Below, piece by piece: positions 38,176 through 47,155 of a DNA stretch of 64,000 nt (its first letter is position 1; each line of letters begins with the position of its first letter). The DNA is taken from assembly GCF_007352635.1 (NCBI RefSeq), contig NZ_VKLU01000005.1:571940-635939 (forward strand), given 5' to 3'. The notes under the pieces were generated by a model. It saw only the letters and a list, made by a program, of their open reading frames with translations, was not told the DNA's origin and did no database searches. A program made the position numbers and the translations under genes. Source of the DNA: Corallococcus sp. Z5C101001. Its GTDB lineage: Bacteria; Myxococcota; Myxococcia; Myxococcales; Myxococcaceae.

Positions 38176-40740
38176 ATGGCGGACGTCGCCCTCCCTATCG
38201 ATCCCCTGCTGCCCGACATCGTCTCCACGCTCCGGAGTTCGCGGTCGCTCGTGCTGGAGGCACCTCCTGGCGCGGGCAAGACGACCCGCGTGCCCCGCGC
38301 GTTGCTGGAGGCGGGCCTGGGCCAGGGACGGGAGATCGTCGTCCTCCAGCCCCGCAGGCTGCCCACCCGGCTCGCCGCGCAGCGCGTGTCCGAGGAGATT
38401 GGCGAACGCGTGGGCGAGACCGTCGGCTACCAGGTCCGCTTCGAGGACGTGCGCGGCCCCAAGACGCGCATGTCCTTCGTCACCGAGGGCGTGCTCGGAC
38501 GACGGCTGCTCACCGACCCCACCCTGCGCGACGTGGGCATCGTCGTGCTCGACGAGTTCCACGAGCGACACCTGTCCGCGGACATCTCGCTCGCGCTGCT
38601 GCGACGGCTGCAGGAGTCGTCCCGGCCCGACCTCAAGCTCGTCGTGATGTCCGCGACCCTGGAGGCCGAGCCCGTCCGCGCGTACCTGGGCGGCGCGCCG
38701 TCGCTGCGCTCCGAGGGCCGGCGCTTCGACGTCAGCGTCGAATACCTTCCCGCCCCGGACGAGCGGCACCTGGATCAACAGGTGCTCTCCGCGCTCAAGC
38801 GCCTGTTCACCCAGGGCGTCGACGGCGATGTGCTCGTGTTCCTTCCGGGCGCTGGGGAGATCCGCCGGGCGCGCGACACCTGCGCGGAGTTCGCCGAGCG
38901 CCATGACGCCGACGTGCTCCCGCTTCACGGCGATCTGTCCCCCGCGGAGCAGGACCGCGCCGTGCGCCGCAGCTCGCGCCGGAAGATCATCCTGTCCACC
39001 AACGTCGCGGAGACGTCCGTCACCATCGACGGCGTCGCGGTCGTCATCGACAGTGGGCTTGCCCGCGTGGCGTCGCACTCGCCGTGGTCCGGCCTGCCGC
39101 AACTCAAGCTGGGCAAGGTGAGCCGCGCCTCCGCCGTGCAGCGCGCCGGCCGCGCGGGCCGCACCCGCGCGGGGCACTGTGTGCGCCTCTACACCCAGCA
39201 TGACTTCGACGGGCGCCCCGACCAGGAGGCCCCGGAGATCCGCCGCACCGACCTGGCGGAGACGGTGCTCTCCCTGCGCGCCTCGGGCGTGAGGGACCTG
39301 GGGGTGTTCCCCTTCTTCGAGCCACCCCCCGCCCCCGCGCTGGAGGCCGCGGAGACGCTGCTGCGCCGGCTGGGCGCGGTGGATGCACAAGGCAAGGTGA
39401 CGGACGTGGGGCAGCGGCTCCTGCGCTTCCCCGTCCACCCGCGCCAGGCCCGCGTCATCGTCGAGGGTGAGCGGCGAGGCGTGGGCGGCGAGGCCGCCGT
39501 GCTCGCGGCCCTCATGGGCGAGCGGGACATCCGCCGCGAGGCCCGCGCCAACCTGGGCGGCGGGGGACGGGCGTCCGCCATCGTCAGCGGCCCTTCCGAT
39601 TTGCTGGAGCTCCTGGAGCGATTCCGCGAAGCAGGGCGTTCAGGCTTCGCCTCCGGCCGCATGCAGTCCCTGTCGCTTGATGCCGGGGCGGTGCAGTCCG
39701 TGGAGCGCGTGCAGAAACAGCTGCGGCGCTCGGTGCGGGAGCAGGGCTCACGCCCCGGACGACCCGAGGACGTGGAGCAGGCCCTGATGCTCAGCGTGCT
39801 CGCGGGCTATCCGGATCGCGTCGCCCGCCGGCGGCGGCCCCGCTCGCCCGACCTGCTGATGTTCGGCGGCGGCACCACCAGCCTGTCCGAATCCAGCGTC
39901 GTCCAGGACGCGGAGCTGATGGTCGCCGTGGACGCCGAGGAGCGCCCCGGACGTGGCGCCGTGGTCCGGCTCGCCAGCGCCGTGGAGGCCGAGTGGCTGC
40001 TGGACCTCTACCCGGAGGCCCTGGAGGAGGTGGACACGCTCCAGTGGAATCCGGATTCGCGCCGCGTGGAGCGCCTGACCCGACTGGCGTACGGCAACTT
40101 GGTGCTGGAGGAGACGCGCACCCCCGCCCCTCCGTCCGAGGAAGCCGCGCGAGTGCTGGCCGAAGCGGCGCTCGCCGCGGGCCCGGAGCGCTTCGCGGAG
40201 CCCGAGGCGCTGGAGCAGTGGCGCACCCGCGTGGAGCTGCTGGGAAAGGCCTTCCCCGAGGCGGGCTTTCCCGCCGTGGACGCCACCTTCCTGCGGGATG
40301 CGCTGGCGTCCCTTTGCGTGGGCGCGCGCAGCTTCTCCGACCTGGACGGCGTGTCGCTGCTGGACGCGCTCTACGCGCGACTGTCCTCCGAACAGCAGCG
40401 CCTGCTGGCGAACCATGCCCCCGAGCGCGTCACCCTGCCCGGCGGGCGCGGCGTGAAGGTGCACTACGAGCCCAACAAGCCCCCCTGGGTGGAGTCACGG
40501 CTGCAGGACTTCTTCGGGATGGCCCAGGGGCCCAGCGTGGGCGCGGGCCGCGTACCGCTGGTGCTCCATCTGCTGGCCCCCAACATGCGCGCCGTGCAGG
40601 TGACGACGGACCTGGCGGGCTTCTGGGAGCGTCACTACCCGGCGATCCGCAAGGAGCTGTGCCGCAAGTATCCGCGGCATTCGTGGCCCGAGGATCCGCG
40701 CCACGCCGAGCCGCCCGCGCCTCGTCCTCCGAGGCGCTGA
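38176..40740 (+). CDS. hrpB: ATP-dependent RNA helicase HrpB (DEAH-box)
   Basis: Carries APPGAGKTT (Walker A), DEFHER (DEAH box), SAT and QRAGRAGR motifs plus the HrpB-specific C-terminal domain. ATG at 38176 follows AGGAA. Confidence 0.9.
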   Translation: MADVALPIDPLLPDIVSTLRSSRSLVLEAPPGAGKTTRVPRALLEAGLGQGREIVVLQPRRLPTRLAAQRVSEEIGERVGETVGYQVRFEDVRGPKTRMSFVTEGVLGRRLLTDPTLRDVGIVVLDEFHERHLSADISLALLRRLQESSRPDLKLVVMSATLEAEPVRAYLGGAPSLRSEGRRFDVSVEYLPAPDERHLDQQVLSALKRLFTQGVDGDVLVFLPGAGEIRRARDTCAEFAERHDADVLPLHGDLSPAEQDRAVRRSSRRKIILSTNVAETSVTIDGVAVVIDSGLARVASHSPWSGLPQLKLGKVSRASAVQRAGRAGRTRAGHCVRLYTQHDFDGRPDQEAPEIRRTDLAETVLSLRASGVRDLGVFPFFEPPPAPALEAAETLLRRLGAVDAQGKVTDVGQRLLRFPVHPRQARVIVEGERRGVGGEAAVLAALMGERDIRREARANLGGGGRASAIVSGPSDLLELLERFREAGRSGFASGRMQSLSLDAGAVQSVERVQKQLRRSVREQGSRPGRPEDVEQALMLSVLAGYPDRVARRRRPRSPDLLMFGGGTTSLSESSVVQDAELMVAVDAEERPGRGAVVRLASAVEAEWLLDLYPEALEEVDTLQWNPDSRRVERLTRLAYGNLVLEETRTPAPPSEEAARVLAEAALAAGPERFAEPEALEQWRTRVELLGKAFPEAGFPAVDATFLRDALASLCVGARSFSDLDGVSLLDALYARLSSEQQRLLANHAPERVTLPGGRGVKVHYEPNKPPWVESRLQDFFGMAQGPSVGAGRVPLVLHLLAPNMRAVQVTTDLAGFWERHYPAIRKELCRKYPRHSWPEDPRHAEPPAPRPPRR

Positions 40741-40750
40741 GCCGCTGGGA

Positions 40751-41230
40751 CTACAGCCGCTTGTGCATCTCCAGGTGGTCGATGCCGGCCTCGTCGAACA
40801 CGGCGCCCACCGGCTGGTAGCCGTGCTTCTTGTAGAAGTCGAGCGCGTAGAGCTGGGCGTGCAGCATGATGCCGCTCACGTTGCGGCGGCGCGCTTCCTC
40901 TTCCAGCGTCGTCAGCAGCAGCGAACCCACGCGCGACTTGCGGTGCGACTGGAGCACCGCCATGCGGCCAATCTGCCCCCACGTCCCGGACTGGCCCGCG
41001 GGCGGCTCCGGCAGCTTCACCAGGCGGCCAGTGCCGATGGCGTGGCCCCCCTGGTAGGCGAGCACGTGGTACGCGAGCGCGTCCTCGGCGTCGCGCTCGA
41101 TGCCCTCGGGGACATGCTGTTCCTCGATGAACACCACCTCGCGGATGGCGAGGGCCTGCATGAGCTCCGCCTCGTCCTTGATCTGGGCGACGGTGACGGG
41201 TGCCGGGGAGGTCTCGGGAGGCGTCGGCAT
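40751..41230 (-). CDS. GNAT-family N-acetyltransferase
   Basis: Has the acetyl-CoA binding motif (RMAVLQSHRKSRVGSLLL) and a C-terminal YKKHGYQPVG. The start is uncertain (41230 ATG or 41251 TTG). Confidence 0.75.
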   Translation of the reverse strand: MPTPPETSPAPVTVAQIKDEAELMQALAIREVVFIEEQHVPEGIERDAEDALAYHVLAYQGGHAIGTGRLVKLPEPPAGQSGTWGQIGRMAVLQSHRKSRVGSLLLTTLEEEARRRNVSGIMLHAQLYALDFYKKHGYQPVGAVFDEAGIDHLEMHKRL

Positions 41231-41508
41231 AGCGCTGGCCAAGGTACACAAAAGGCCGCGCCATCAACAGGCGGAAAAAACCTCGCCCCCTCGAAGGGAC
41301 GCGGCCTTCCGACACCGCCAACTCCGCTCCGGCGCGCCTCCCGCGCGGTCGCCCCGTCCCCTGCCCGCTCCCCACTCCCGTGAAAGTCGCGGAAGCCCCG
41401 CCGCATCGGGTCATCCGGTTGCAATTGCCCTCACACGTCGGGCGGCCTTCGCGATTTCACCCAGAGCGCGGCCTGGAGCGCTCGGAGGAGGATCGTCCCG
41501 GGGAGGGC

Positions 41509-42579
41509 ATGGTAGCGTCCAGGACGATGCGTACCCGTGCCCTCATCGCCCTGTCCGTGGGCCTGCTGTCGACGCCCGCGCTCGCCCAGAAGGAGTTCTT
41601 CTTTGGAACGGGAGAGCCGCCCGTGTTCCGCGAAGCGGACATGGACAAGCGCTTTCTGCGCTCCCGCGTGAACCAGGCCCTGGTCCAGGGCACGAACGAC
41701 GCGAACTGCGCCCAGCTGGTGGGCGCGCTGCTCACCGTCGTGGGCGAGTCCGGGCCGTACCTGCACAAGCGCGACGAGAACTTCTTCGTGGATCCGCTGT
41801 TGATCCAGGCCGTGAACACCCAGCTGTCCACGCCGCGCTTCCCGGCCAGCATGTACCTGGTGTCGATGATGCGCCGGATCCTCATCGACAAGAGGCTGCC
41901 GGCGGAGTGGATGCAGACGGCGGTGGCGCTGGCGCCGTACTACCCGCCGCTCGACCTGAGCAAGCTGCGCTTCATCGCGGACGGAGTCAGTCCCGTGGAC
42001 AGCTTCTTCTTCACGCTGCCCGCGATGCTCGAGCGCTACGACGTGGAGGTGCTCAAGGCGAACACCACCGCCGCGAGCGTGGCGGATGCGAAGTTCCGCG
42101 ACGACTACCTCGACAAGGAGGTGGCGTTCGGGGGCCTGGAGTTCGTCGACGCGAAGCTGGAGAAGCCCAAGAAGCCGCGCGGCAAGAAGGGGCCTCCACC
42201 GGAGCCGCCCGCGCTGGTGGCCCGGCTCGTCTACTACCTGCCGGATCCAGGCAATGACGGTCTGTTGTCGGGGCTGAACTACGGCAAGCCGAAGGTGCGC
42301 CCGTCGGTGACCATCACCGCGCGGCTGAAGGACTCCCAGTACACGGAGCTGACGCAGCTGCCGAAGGGCGCGCGCGTGCTCCTGCGCGGCCGCTTCTGGG
42401 AGTACCGCAAGCAGCTCAAGGAGCTGGAGGTGCGCGATGCCCTCCTGTTCCAGGACCGGGACTGGACGCAGAACCCCGCGCTGGCGGACCCGAACGCGGT
42501 GGCGGCTTGCCCGCTCGCGTTCAACGACCTGACGGGCACCGCGCCCGTGCAGCCGGGCGGCTTCGGCGGCAAGCGCTGA
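41509..42579 (+). CDS. secreted hypothetical protein
   Basis: Signal peptide MVASRTMRTRALIALSVGLLSTPALAQ. The 330-aa mature domain has no recognisable motif. An alternative start ATG lies at 41527. Confidence 0.55.
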   Translation: MVASRTMRTRALIALSVGLLSTPALAQKEFFFGTGEPPVFREADMDKRFLRSRVNQALVQGTNDANCAQLVGALLTVVGESGPYLHKRDENFFVDPLLIQAVNTQLSTPRFPASMYLVSMMRRILIDKRLPAEWMQTAVALAPYYPPLDLSKLRFIADGVSPVDSFFFTLPAMLERYDVEVLKANTTAASVADAKFRDDYLDKEVAFGGLEFVDAKLEKPKKPRGKKGPPPEPPALVARLVYYLPDPGNDGLLSGLNYGKPKVRPSVTITARLKDSQYTELTQLPKGARVLLRGRFWEYRKQLKELEVRDALLFQDRDWTQNPALADPNAVAACPLAFNDLTGTAPVQPGGFGGKR

Positions 42580-42676
42580 GCGGGCGTCCCGCGCCCCGCA
42601 CGCCCATCCCGGGGACGGCACCCCTCCCCCGCCGCCCCGGCCCGCCCTTCCCCGCGGGACCCGCATCCCGACCGGC

Positions 42677-42692
42677 TGGCACGGCCGCTGCT
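42677..42692 (+). promoter_or_regulatory. candidate sigma54 (-24/-12) promoter
   Basis: TGGCACGGCCGCTGCT has GG and GC separated by exactly 10 nt (consensus TGGCAC-N5-TTGCW), about 35 nt upstream of the ATG at 42727. Confidence 0.3.
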
Positions 42693-42726
42693 CATGTCCG
42701 CGCATCTCTTTCGCGCGAGGCAGGCC

Positions 42727-43554
42727 ATGAAGGTCGAAGGGCAGGACGCTCCTTCCGGACAGGAGAAGACGCGCCCGGAGCGGGACGCGTTCCAGCAGGT
42801 CCTCCAGCGGGCATCCGAGCGGGGTACCACCTCCGGGCGTCCTCGCACCGACGCCCAGCGCGGGCCCACTCAGCAGGGAGGACCGCCGGGCCCCGGAGCC
42901 CTCCGACCGGGTGGCACGGGGCCGGGGCAGACGACCCGGGTTTCATCGCCGCTCCCCGGGGTCCGCGCCGCCAGCGCCGTCCTGTCGACTACGCGCGGGG
43001 CGCTCGGAAGTCCGGCGGCACTCCGGCAGGCCCGACAGGGCATGCACGTGGAGGCGCAGCGGCTGGGCACGGTGCGCCAGGAGGCCCACGCGACAGGCCA
43101 GGAGCAGGCGTCCCACCGCGCCTCGGAGCTGCTGACCCGTGAGCTGGAGCGCTCGGTTCGCGCCGAGCTCCGCGCGGCGCCGCTCCCTGCCCCTCCCCCG
43201 CGCGAGGCCCGCTCCTCGGAGAGTCCCCCAACCCTGTCCGCGACGGGAGGCCACGGCGTGACGGGCGGTGGCGCGGCAGCAGCCGGAATGGCGGCCACGC
43301 CCGTCGCGCAGGTGGAGTCCACGCTGGCGCTCATCGAGAAGATCGAGGTCTTCGTGAGGTCGCAGCGGCCCGCGCTGGGCTTGAGCCTGAGAGGGTCGCT
43401 GGAGGCCACCGTGGAGGTGGAGCGCACGGGCCCCCGGGAGGTGGCGCTGCGCATCCAGGGCCGCCACGGGCCCGTGCCCCCGGCGGACGTGGCGCGACTG
43501 CGCGATGCGCTGGAGGCCCGGGGGCTGCGGCTCAGCGCCCTCCAGGCGGGGTGA
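42727..43554 (+). CDS. hypothetical protein (low-complexity, Arg/Ala/Gly-rich)
   Basis: The plus frame has consistently high GC3 and a GAGGCAGG Shine-Dalgarno before the ATG at 42727. The competing minus-strand ORFs look like artefacts. Confidence 0.4.
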   Translation: MKVEGQDAPSGQEKTRPERDAFQQVLQRASERGTTSGRPRTDAQRGPTQQGGPPGPGALRPGGTGPGQTTRVSSPLPGVRAASAVLSTTRGALGSPAALRQARQGMHVEAQRLGTVRQEAHATGQEQASHRASELLTRELERSVRAELRAAPLPAPPPREARSSESPPTLSATGGHGVTGGGAAAAGMAATPVAQVESTLALIEKIEVFVRSQRPALGLSLRGSLEATVEVERTGPREVALRIQGRHGPVPPADVARLRDALEARGLRLSALQAG

Positions 43555-43664
43555 GCGTGCACGGACAGCCCCCTCACGACGGGATGCCCCCGACGACAAA
43601 GGCCCTCACGCCATGGGGCGCGAGGGCCTTCATCACGACGGGCGCACGCGAGCGGCGCGGCGCG

Positions 43665-44006
43665 CTACTTCTTCCCGCCAGGAGCCGGGTTCAGCTCCGC
43701 GCGCTTGCCCTGCTTTTCCTTGTACTCCTCGGCCTCGGGCAGGGCCGCCTTCTTCTCCGCGATGTTCGGCCACGAGGTGGAGAAGTCCGCGTTGAGCTTC
43801 TGGAACTCCTTCCACTGGGGGGGCAGCTCGGTCTCGGGGAAGATCGCCTTGGTCGGGCAGACGGGCTCACAAGCACCGCAGTCGATGCACTCGTCCGGGT
43901 GGATCACGAGGAAGTTCGCGCCCTCGTAGAAGCAGTTGACCGGGCACACCTCGACACAGTCGGTGTACTTGCACTTGATGCAAGGCTCGGCGACGACATA
44001 GGCCAT
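43665..44006 (-). CDS. fdxA: 7Fe ferredoxin (FdxA-type)
   Basis: Begins [29 protein letters not shown] and has a second cluster motif [21 protein letters not shown] Shine-Dalgarno precedes the ATG at 44006. Confidence 0.85.
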   Translation of the reverse strand: MAYVVAEPCIKCKYTDCVEVCPVNCFYEGANFLVIHPDECIDCGACEPVCPTKAIFPETELPPQWKEFQKLNADFSTSWPNIAEKKAALPEAEEYKEKQGKRAELNPAPGGKK

Positions 44007-44117
44007 GTAGATCTCTCCTCTGTGCGGTATTCCGCGCGTCCGTGGCCGCGCACAGTAGATGGTTGCGGCCAGGGTTGGCACCCTGAATTTAGGGGGCGGC
44101 CCGGCCTGCTTCGCCGG

Positions 44118-45206
44118 TCAACCCAGCAAGCCCTGCGCCCGCAGCAGCTCCGCGACGAGGATGGCGCCCTTGGCGGCCCCCATCTTCGTGTTGTGGGAGA
44201 CAAGCACGTACTTGAAACCGTTCTCCAGCACCCCATCCTCGCGGATGCGACCCACCGTGGTGGCCATGCCTCCGTGGGTGTCCCGGTCCAGGCGCGGCTG
44301 GGGCCGGAACGGGTCGTCCAGCACTTCGATCCAGCGGGGAGGCGAGGAAGGCAGGTCCTTCGCCACGTCGGCGCCCTTCCATTCGCGCATCACCTGGGCG
44401 ACCTCCGCCACGGTGGCCTTCTGGCCCAGCGACACGAAGACGGACTCGGTGTGGCCCTCCAGCACGGCCACCCGGGTGCAGGTGCACGAGACGCGCACGT
44501 CATGCGGGGTGAGCGCCGCGCCCGCGGGGTTGAGCACCCCGAGGATCTTCTTCGTCTCGACCTCGACCTTGTGCTCCTCCTTGGGGATGTACGGCACGAC
44601 GTTGTCGAGGATGTCCAGGCCGATGACGCCCGGCGAACGTCCGGAGCCAGACATGGCCTGGAGGCTGGTCATCAACACCGCCTTCACGCCGAAGCGCTCG
44701 GCCAGAGGGGCCAGCGTCACCGCGAGGCCCGAGGTCGTGCAGTTGGGGATGGGGACGATGAAGCCCTTCCATCCGCGCTGCCGGCGCTGCTCGTTGATGA
44801 GCGGGGCATGGGCGGCGTTGATGGGGGGGATGAGCAGCGGCACGTCCGGGTCGTAGCGGAAGGCGCTCGCGGCGGAGAGCACCGGGATGTCCCGAGCGAG
44901 GCGCGGCTCCAGCTCACGCGCCACGTCCGCCTCCACGGCGGAGAAGGCGATGTCGTAGTCCTTCGCCTGGACCGCGTCCCCGCTGAGCACGGTCATCCGG
45001 GCGATGGCCTCCGGCAGGGGCTCCGGGACGAACCAGGCCAGCATGCCGTTGGAGGCACGCAGGGCGTCCGCGTACGTCTTCCCCGCGGAGCGGGGCGAGG
45101 CGGCGAGCCCGGTGAGTTCGATGTACGGGTGGTCCTTCAGGGCCGCGATGAACTGCTGGCCCGCGAGTCCGGTGGCGCCAATGAGCACGGCGCGAAGCTT
45201 GGCCAT
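44118..45206 (-). CDS. asd: aspartate-semialdehyde dehydrogenase
   Basis: Begins MAKLRAVLIGATGLAGQQF (NAD-binding) and has the active-site region IPNCTTSGL. Confidence 0.9.
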   Translation of the reverse strand: MAKLRAVLIGATGLAGQQFIAALKDHPYIELTGLAASPRSAGKTYADALRASNGMLAWFVPEPLPEAIARMTVLSGDAVQAKDYDIAFSAVEADVARELEPRLARDIPVLSAASAFRYDPDVPLLIPPINAAHAPLINEQRRQRGWKGFIVPIPNCTTSGLAVTLAPLAERFGVKAVLMTSLQAMSGSGRSPGVIGLDILDNVVPYIPKEEHKVEVETKKILGVLNPAGAALTPHDVRVSCTCTRVAVLEGHTESVFVSLGQKATVAEVAQVMREWKGADVAKDLPSSPPRWIEVLDDPFRPQPRLDRDTHGGMATTVGRIREDGVLENGFKYVLVSHNTKMGAAKGAILVAELLRAQGLLG

Positions 45207-45275
45207 CGTGGGGGGTCTCCGGTGGGGACGACAGCGCGCTCCTTACACCGTTTCACGACGCGCCGCATCCACCGC

Positions 45276-45662
45276 TCAACGGTGGGCGTGGGAGGGAGCG
45301 CGGGAGTGGCGCTCCGTCGGGTAGCCCCCCGTCACCCAGGCGTGGAGCCCGCCGGCGAGGCACACGGCGTTGCGCCCCCGCAGGCGCAGCACGCGACAGA
45401 CGCGGCGGATGTCCGCGCAGTCCTGGGTGGTGCCACACAGGACGATGAGTTCGTCGTCCGGCAGCATCGCCAGGTCGCGGGCGATCTCCGAGGCCGTCAT
45501 GCGCAGCGCACCCGGGATGTGGATCTCGAACCGCTCCCAGTCCATCGCGTCACGGCAATCCAGGACGAGCACATCCTCGTCCCCCAGACGCATGAACAGC
45601 TCATCGCAAATGATGGTGGGCTCCACCGGGGCCTCCCCGAGGCGACATGTTCCTTCGAACAT
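45276..45662 (-). CDS. rhodanese-domain sulfurtransferase-like protein
   Basis: 128-aa single rhodanese fold with active-site Cys loop (IVLCGTTQDCADI). Confidence 0.7.
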   Translation of the reverse strand: MFEGTCRLGEAPVEPTIICDELFMRLGDEDVLVLDCRDAMDWERFEIHIPGALRMTASEIARDLAMLPDDELIVLCGTTQDCADIRRVCRVLRLRGRNAVCLAGGLHAWVTGGYPTERHSRAPSHAHR

Positions 45663-45728
45663 GAACCCGGAGGTTCTTTCCCCTCTTCCCGCACGCCCGC
45701 CCGCCTGCTCCCAGGAGCGTGCCAGGAC

Positions 45729-46880
45729 TCAGAGGCCCAGCTGCTTGGCGATGATCTCGTTCATCACCTCGCTCGTGCCACCGCCGATGGGGCCCAGTCG
45801 GGCGTCGCGCCAGTGGCGCTGGATGTCGTACTCCATCATGTAGCCGGCCCCCCCATGCAGCTGGAGGCACTCGTCGGCCACGCGGCAGCACGCCTCCGTC
45901 GCGACCTTCTTCGCCATGGAGGTCTGCGCGACGGCGTACTCGCCCGCCACGTGCAGGCGCAGCGCGTGGTAGGTGAGCTGCCGCGCGCACTCTCGGGCCG
46001 TGTGCAGCTCCGCCAGCTTGTGGCGCAGCACCTGGAACTGGGCCAGCGCCTGCCCGAACGCGCGGCGCTGCTTCACGTGCTCGAGCGCCGTCTCCAACAT
46101 GTCGTCCATGGCGCCCACCGCGCCCAGCGCGAGCGACAGCCGCTCCCACTGGAAGTTGCCCATGATCTGATAGAAGCCCTGCCCCTCCACGCCCAGCAGG
46201 TTCTCCGCGGGCACGCGGCAGTCCTCGAAGAAGAGCTCCGCCGTGTCGGACGCGCGCCACCCGACCTTCTGGAGCTTGCGCCCCACGCTGAAGCCCGGGG
46301 TGCCCCGCTCCACGACGAGCATGGACAGGCCCTTGTGGCCGCGCTCGGGGTCGGTCTTCACCGCCAGCACCACGAAGTCCGCCCGCACACCGTTGGTGAT
46401 GTAGGTCTTGGAGCCGTTGATGACGTAGTGGTCGCCCTCGCGATGGGCGGTGGTGCGCAGCCCCGCGACATCCGAGCCCGCGTCGGGTTCGGTGATGCCC
46501 AGGGCGCCAATCTTCTGCCCCCGGATGGCGGGCGCCAGCCAGCGCTGCTTCTGGGCCTCCGTGGCGTACAGGTGCAGGGGGCCGGTGGAGATGGTGAACT
46601 GGGCCCCCAACCCGGCGGCCACGCCCCCGGAGCCACAGCGACCCAGCTCCTCCAGGAGCACCGCCTCGTAGAGCTCCCCGGCGGCCGTGCCACCATGGGC
46701 CTCCGGGTACTTCAAGCCCAGGAAGCCCAGCTCGCCAAAGCGGGTGAAGAGCTCCCGGGGGAACTCCTCGCGCGCCTCCCATTCGGCGGCGAACGGGCGC
46801 AGCTCCTTGTCCACCACGGCCCGGACCGTACGGCGGAAGGCTTCGTGCTCCTCCAGGAATACCCCATGGCCATGCAACAT
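45729..46880 (-). CDS. acyl-CoA dehydrogenase
   Basis: 383 aa with the ACAD N, middle and C domain signatures, and a C-terminal GGTSEVMNEIIAKQLGL with catalytic Glu. Confidence 0.9.
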   Translation of the reverse strand: MLHGHGVFLEEHEAFRRTVRAVVDKELRPFAAEWEAREEFPRELFTRFGELGFLGLKYPEAHGGTAAGELYEAVLLEELGRCGSGGVAAGLGAQFTISTGPLHLYATEAQKQRWLAPAIRGQKIGALGITEPDAGSDVAGLRTTAHREGDHYVINGSKTYITNGVRADFVVLAVKTDPERGHKGLSMLVVERGTPGFSVGRKLQKVGWRASDTAELFFEDCRVPAENLLGVEGQGFYQIMGNFQWERLSLALGAVGAMDDMLETALEHVKQRRAFGQALAQFQVLRHKLAELHTARECARQLTYHALRLHVAGEYAVAQTSMAKKVATEACCRVADECLQLHGGAGYMMEYDIQRHWRDARLGPIGGGTSEVMNEIIAKQLGL

Positions 46881-47013
46881 CGTGTCGTCCCTCGCTCACC
46901 AGGGCCCGCAGCCCGGCGCCGCATGCTAACGGGACGAGAACCGGGGCTGGATGGTGTTGCTTCCTTGACCGCCTCCTACGGGGCTGCGTATAACCCCGGC
47001 CCCAATCGCTTCC

Positions 47014-47085
47014 GGCGCCATAGCCAAGTGGTAAGGCAAAGGTCTGCAAAACCTTCATTCCCCGGTTCGAATCCGGGTGGCGCCT
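47014..47085 (+). tRNA. tRNA-Cys (GCA)
   Basis: Reads GGCGCCATAGCCAAGTGGTAAGGCAAAGGTCTGCAAAACCTTCATTCCCCGGTTCGAATCCGGGTGGCGCCT, with anticodon loop CUGCAAA. Confidence 0.85.
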
Positions 47086-47096
47086 CACAGACAAAA

Positions 47097-47140
47097 GGCC
47101 CGATGCGGAAGCCACTTCCGCATCGGGCCTTCTGTTTTTT
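47097..47140 (+). terminator. bidirectional rho-independent terminator
   Basis: 15-bp perfect stem ggcccgatgcggaag/cttccgcatcgggcc with a 3-nt loop, followed by TTCTGTTTTTT. On the minus strand it is preceded by AAAAAACAGAA, so it could also end the converging lipoprotein gene. Confidence 0.6.
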
Positions 47141-47155
47141 CCGTTCAGGAGGGGG

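Noticed and set aside
42870-43599. Minus-strand ORFs 42870..43577 and 42943..43599
   Set aside because: They compete with the plus-strand 42727..43554 frame, which has the better GC3 pattern, a Shine-Dalgarno and an upstream sigma54-like element. Confidence in either is low.
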